A stretch of 64,000 bases of DNA from Asterias rubens. Taxonomy: Eukaryota. The stretch covers positions 2,542,001 to 2,606,000 of the forward strand of contig NC_047063.1 of the NCBI RefSeq assembly GCF_902459465.1, given 5' to 3'. Shown here one piece after another: positions 60,380-64,000 of this stretch. The notes under the pieces are model-generated. The model was given only the letters and a program-made list of their open reading frames with translations, was not told the DNA's origin and made no database searches. Within the stretch, counting starts at the first letter, position 1; every line of letters starts with the position of its first letter. A program made the translations under genes and the position numbers.

Positions 60380-62106
60380 CTTTGGTATTCAAACTACATC
60401 AGACCGGACTTGCTCAACAAGCGGTCATTGTGCTGAAAATGCTGAAGCACTCTATCTAAACATGGATTAAAACCAGATTGTGATTTTTATATTAGCCGTT
60501 TTAAAGCATTTAGTATTTATAAATTAAACAGAACGTTTATTTTACGTAGGCCTACCGTGGGGAAAACTTTCAGTGAGAACACTGATGCCAATTCAATTCC
60601 ATTAAATTCAAAGGTGCCAAGCAATAAATCAATCATCTAAACATTTATAAATATAGCTACAATGATAAAATTACAATTAGATTTACACATACGGCAGTCA
60701 ATATTGACACTACATCTTAATATAATAAATGGTGTTTATGTTTCTGGTGATGAGTTTTTTTAAAGTCAGTATTACTATTTTTATTACATTAATCCTGTGG
60801 TGGTATACTAAATATATTTTAGAAATACCAATCAATGCTATTCAAAGAGAACTATGTTCAGGTTTAAAGATATATTTACATACTAGCCTAAGGTAAGGTA
60901 AGGTTGTACTATGTAAGTAGTAAAAATAAAGAATTTATTGGAGTCTTGACGCCAGAGAGTGTTCAAGTAAAAATGCAACATAACTATTTAAGTAACTACT
61001 TCTACTTTAATACTGGGTAGAATAGAACCCATAGGTCCCTAGGGCCTATGACTTTTTAAACAAGAGGTGAAACGGTGATTGTATTTTTTAAAAACCCTTC
61101 CGTCGCACTCAGCTCAGTCAGTGAGGGTGTGCTGATGAGTGTGTGTACTCTCGCTTTCTGGGCCCTGGTGGGGCCTTGGGTACTCCTAGAACTATTTTGG
61201 TTTCGTCCGCTTTCGTCCGCTTTCGGACGAAACCGAAATAGTTCTAGGTTGGGAGTAGGCCTGGGGCTGTCTGTGTACATGTCACATTGCCATAAAACAA
61301 ATGTTTACTTTGCATTTTCATGTGACCCTCTTGTCAATGTCACTTGTGCGTCACATACCGCGACTGATGCCACGCTCACCATGTTGGTGGTCATTACGTG
61401 TAAACGCCGCGTCGCCTAAAATGCGCACTTCACTGAATAACATTAACATACGTTCTATTTCTATGGTCAATACGCACAAATTTACCACAATTACAGTGTT
61501 GTAGCATTGTGTCTGCCACCTCAAAAAGGCTTAAATCATGGGAAAAGTTTCTGCATGGCGCCACCACTTTTTCATTCGATAGAAATAATTCAGTATCTAA
61601 TTTACCTCAATGAGATATCCCTTTTTGTCAAAATGAGTGAAAAAGTGGTGGCGCCATACGGAAAGTTATCCATGTCATGTCCAGGATCATGTGTGGCATG
61701 TATAATAATATTATAAGTGGAGAAATGTGACACCTTACCTGGACCAATTCAACCTCCAAAACCAAAACTTAGAAACTTAGATAGTCAAAGTCTAGCCCAC
61801 CTTGTTGAGCTAAGTAATATGGCTCCCTTTTAACATCGGTCTCTTCACAGTCGCCATGAGACCGACAGTTCAACAAGTACAAGTTGGGCTTGTCTAACTA
61901 TCGTCCCACCATTATTTGAACTGGACCATGCACGTAGACAATGATAATTTTGTATGCGACATGAAACTCACCGACTCAGTCGAAGTCACGGAGGTAGAGT
62001 ATTGAAATAGCTGTTGTTGTTTTATCACATGCAAGTGTAATTTGCGAAGCCCTTATCATGCAATAATAAGAAGAATGTCAACAATTTAAGAAGTTACAAA
62101 CATTAC

Positions 62107-62340
62107 CTTTCCGCAACACGACCACTACTAGTCTACCGGCTAGCAGAAGCGCGCACATAATCTGTTTTTAATTTTCGTCTGCTCGATGTTTTTACGTGCG
62201 GTCCGGTCAACTTCGTTCCCAGGAGTGATCGATCTCGCCGCGCCATTTTTTCCTAGAGACGTACGCAGAGCACGCGGGTGGTACGGCGCGCTGCCCATGC
62301 ATGGCAGCGAGGTTGCGGTCCGGTTCCCTTGCACCGAGTA
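62107..62340 (-). promoter_or_regulatory. Probable IMMP2L promoter and non-coding first exon
   Basis: CpG-rich island, YY1-type AAAATGGCGC (minus strand, 62240-62249), AAG|GTAATG donor at 62106 and TTTAG acceptor at 60456 before the coding exon. Confidence 0.5.
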
Positions 62341-64000
62341 AAATGTATGGAACGCACAAAAGCACAAACTCCTCTCAAAACATCGATCGGTCTTTTTGGA
62401 CCGATCGATTGTAATTAATGCATCACTCGATCCCTCTAGTTTTGATATAATTAAAAATGTTCTCTCACAGAGCTGGGAGCCATTTTGTAAAAGACCCCAC
62501 AATGGCACTCCCATAAGCCCACCTGTTGTATGTAAGGTTCTTTTATTTGATGTCACTGGCGGCCTATATACAAAGGATCACAAATACAAATACAAGCTAC
62601 TAGTAATGATGGATGATAATACAGCTTTTGGTCGCAAAACTTATGTCTTTATTGATTGTTATAACATAGGATGCATTTGTTAATTCTATTTGAACAATCA
62701 ACAGTCATTGATTATTGCACTAAACATATGTATCAATTTTTTTTGTTTTTCTTATACAAAAACAAAGAACGCTTTTTAAATTTTCGAAAAAGTAATGTTT
62801 TCATGTGTATTAAAAATATACAACCTATTTTATGCATTTTACGTATGAAAAGCTTACCACTGGCATTATTGGAATGTGAAATACTTAGCGAAAGATTACG
62901 AGGTTTGTTAATGCAGAGATCTTTGCAAGAAAAGAAAGATGTTACTTCATCAATCATAACATCTGCAGCGCCCTCTGTTGTCCAAACACTGCAAAAACAT
63001 TAACTTGATAAAGTCGTTTCGTTTACATCCAGTGATGTAGGCATGATTTCAATATTATACCTGATAACATTCTACCCTCTGAAATAATAACGTTTCTGTA
63101 GAAAACACTGGTCATACATTGCTTCCTTAATTTTTGCTCTTGGTATTAGGTATTATAGTCAAAACTCACAGTGATTCCCATGAAGAAAGTAATGGTAATC
63201 AAGGATTTCTTTTATAGTAAGTAAGTTATTTAAGTATTTACCAACAGTGCCTTTAACAAACAGAATAAAGGACATGAGGCTTAGCAAACAGGAAGAGCAT
63301 CATGCATGTTGTGCTGGTAAACAAATCCTGCCGAGCTAGATTTATGTGCTAAGCAAACAGATGACTTTCTAGCAGTTTCAGGAAACTTGCCCCAGACACG
63401 CTTGGGTTTTTTACTCAGCATGCCACTTTTTTCCCTGTAAACTTTACAAAAATAAAAAGTGCAAGGAAGTGTAGTTTACAGAAAACATTTTATGAACATA
63501 AAGCCTAGCCTCGGTGGACGTTAACGAAAAGGTGGAGAGTGAAACTAGAATAGAAAATAATAAATCAAGCATTTTTTAAATGGTGGATTGAATATAATGG
63601 AATGACTTTTAAAACATATTTTAAACACATTTTATAAAAGAAAACATGCACAAAGAATAAAAGATAGAAGTATTAATGTTTTGATATATTTCTGTATGTG
63701 TTTGAAGAAATGGCACTTCCAATCTGAGAGATCAAAGGTGTGTAATGTATTTTTTTTTTAGGAGACTGATTAAGTTAAAATGCCTGTGACTTCACAGCAT
63801 TTTTAGCCCTAATTTAAAGGACTTTGGTTTTGGGCACTCAAAAGCTGTAAAATGCAAATATTGTGGGGAAAAAAATGGTCGGAGAGATAATTTTGAAAAG
63901 TAGACTGCCCTGACAAATATTCCTTTACATTCTGTGGTTTTCCTTTTACTTCTTGCGGTCTGCCATTTTGTGGAGTCAAAACATTAGGTTCACCAAAATG

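Noticed and set aside
61185-61248. Hammerhead ribozyme suggested by GTCCG..CGGACGAAAC
   Set aside because: No CUGANGA immediately before the stem on either strand; a plain palindrome explains it.
62396-63003. ORFs 62396-62683, 62671-63003 and an exon-like segment 62858-62988 (minus)
   Set aside because: No recognisable domain and no consistent chain of exons; cannot be supported without transcript data.

Overview
AT-rich animal genomic DNA; proteins and repeats suggest an invertebrate deuterostome, probably an echinoderm (inference). By hand-splicing on GT/GC-AG sites with matching phases I recover six protein-coding genes: PSMD6/Rpn7 (-, first four exons; the rest is left of the window), MRPS25 (-, 4 exons), ARMC10 (+, 5 exons, head-to-head with MRPS25, probable GC-AG first intron), FBXL13/DRC6 (-, 19 coding exons, about 913 aa), an orphan-looking 4-exon non-RD protein kinase with an HNDLHNAN catalytic loop (+, about 613 aa), and IMMP2L (-, 5 coding exons). 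Introns and intergenic DNA are packed with non-autonomous transposons: TTAA-flanked Kolobok/T2-like MITEs, Harbinger-like, hAT-like and AT-flanked MITEs, tRNA-derived SINEs, a 1.5 kb Helentron-type HINE and an unclassified 1.4 kb long-TIR element. The main leads are the atypical kinase inserted among conserved genes, two local duplications of FBXL13 splice acceptors (one could give an NMD-resistant tail-less isoform), the HINE, hammerhead ribozyme remnants, and ARMC10-FBXL13-IMMP2L linkage shared with human 7q. A 138-N gap lies at 22259-22396. No database searches were run; family and homology calls rest on recalled sequences and motifs.
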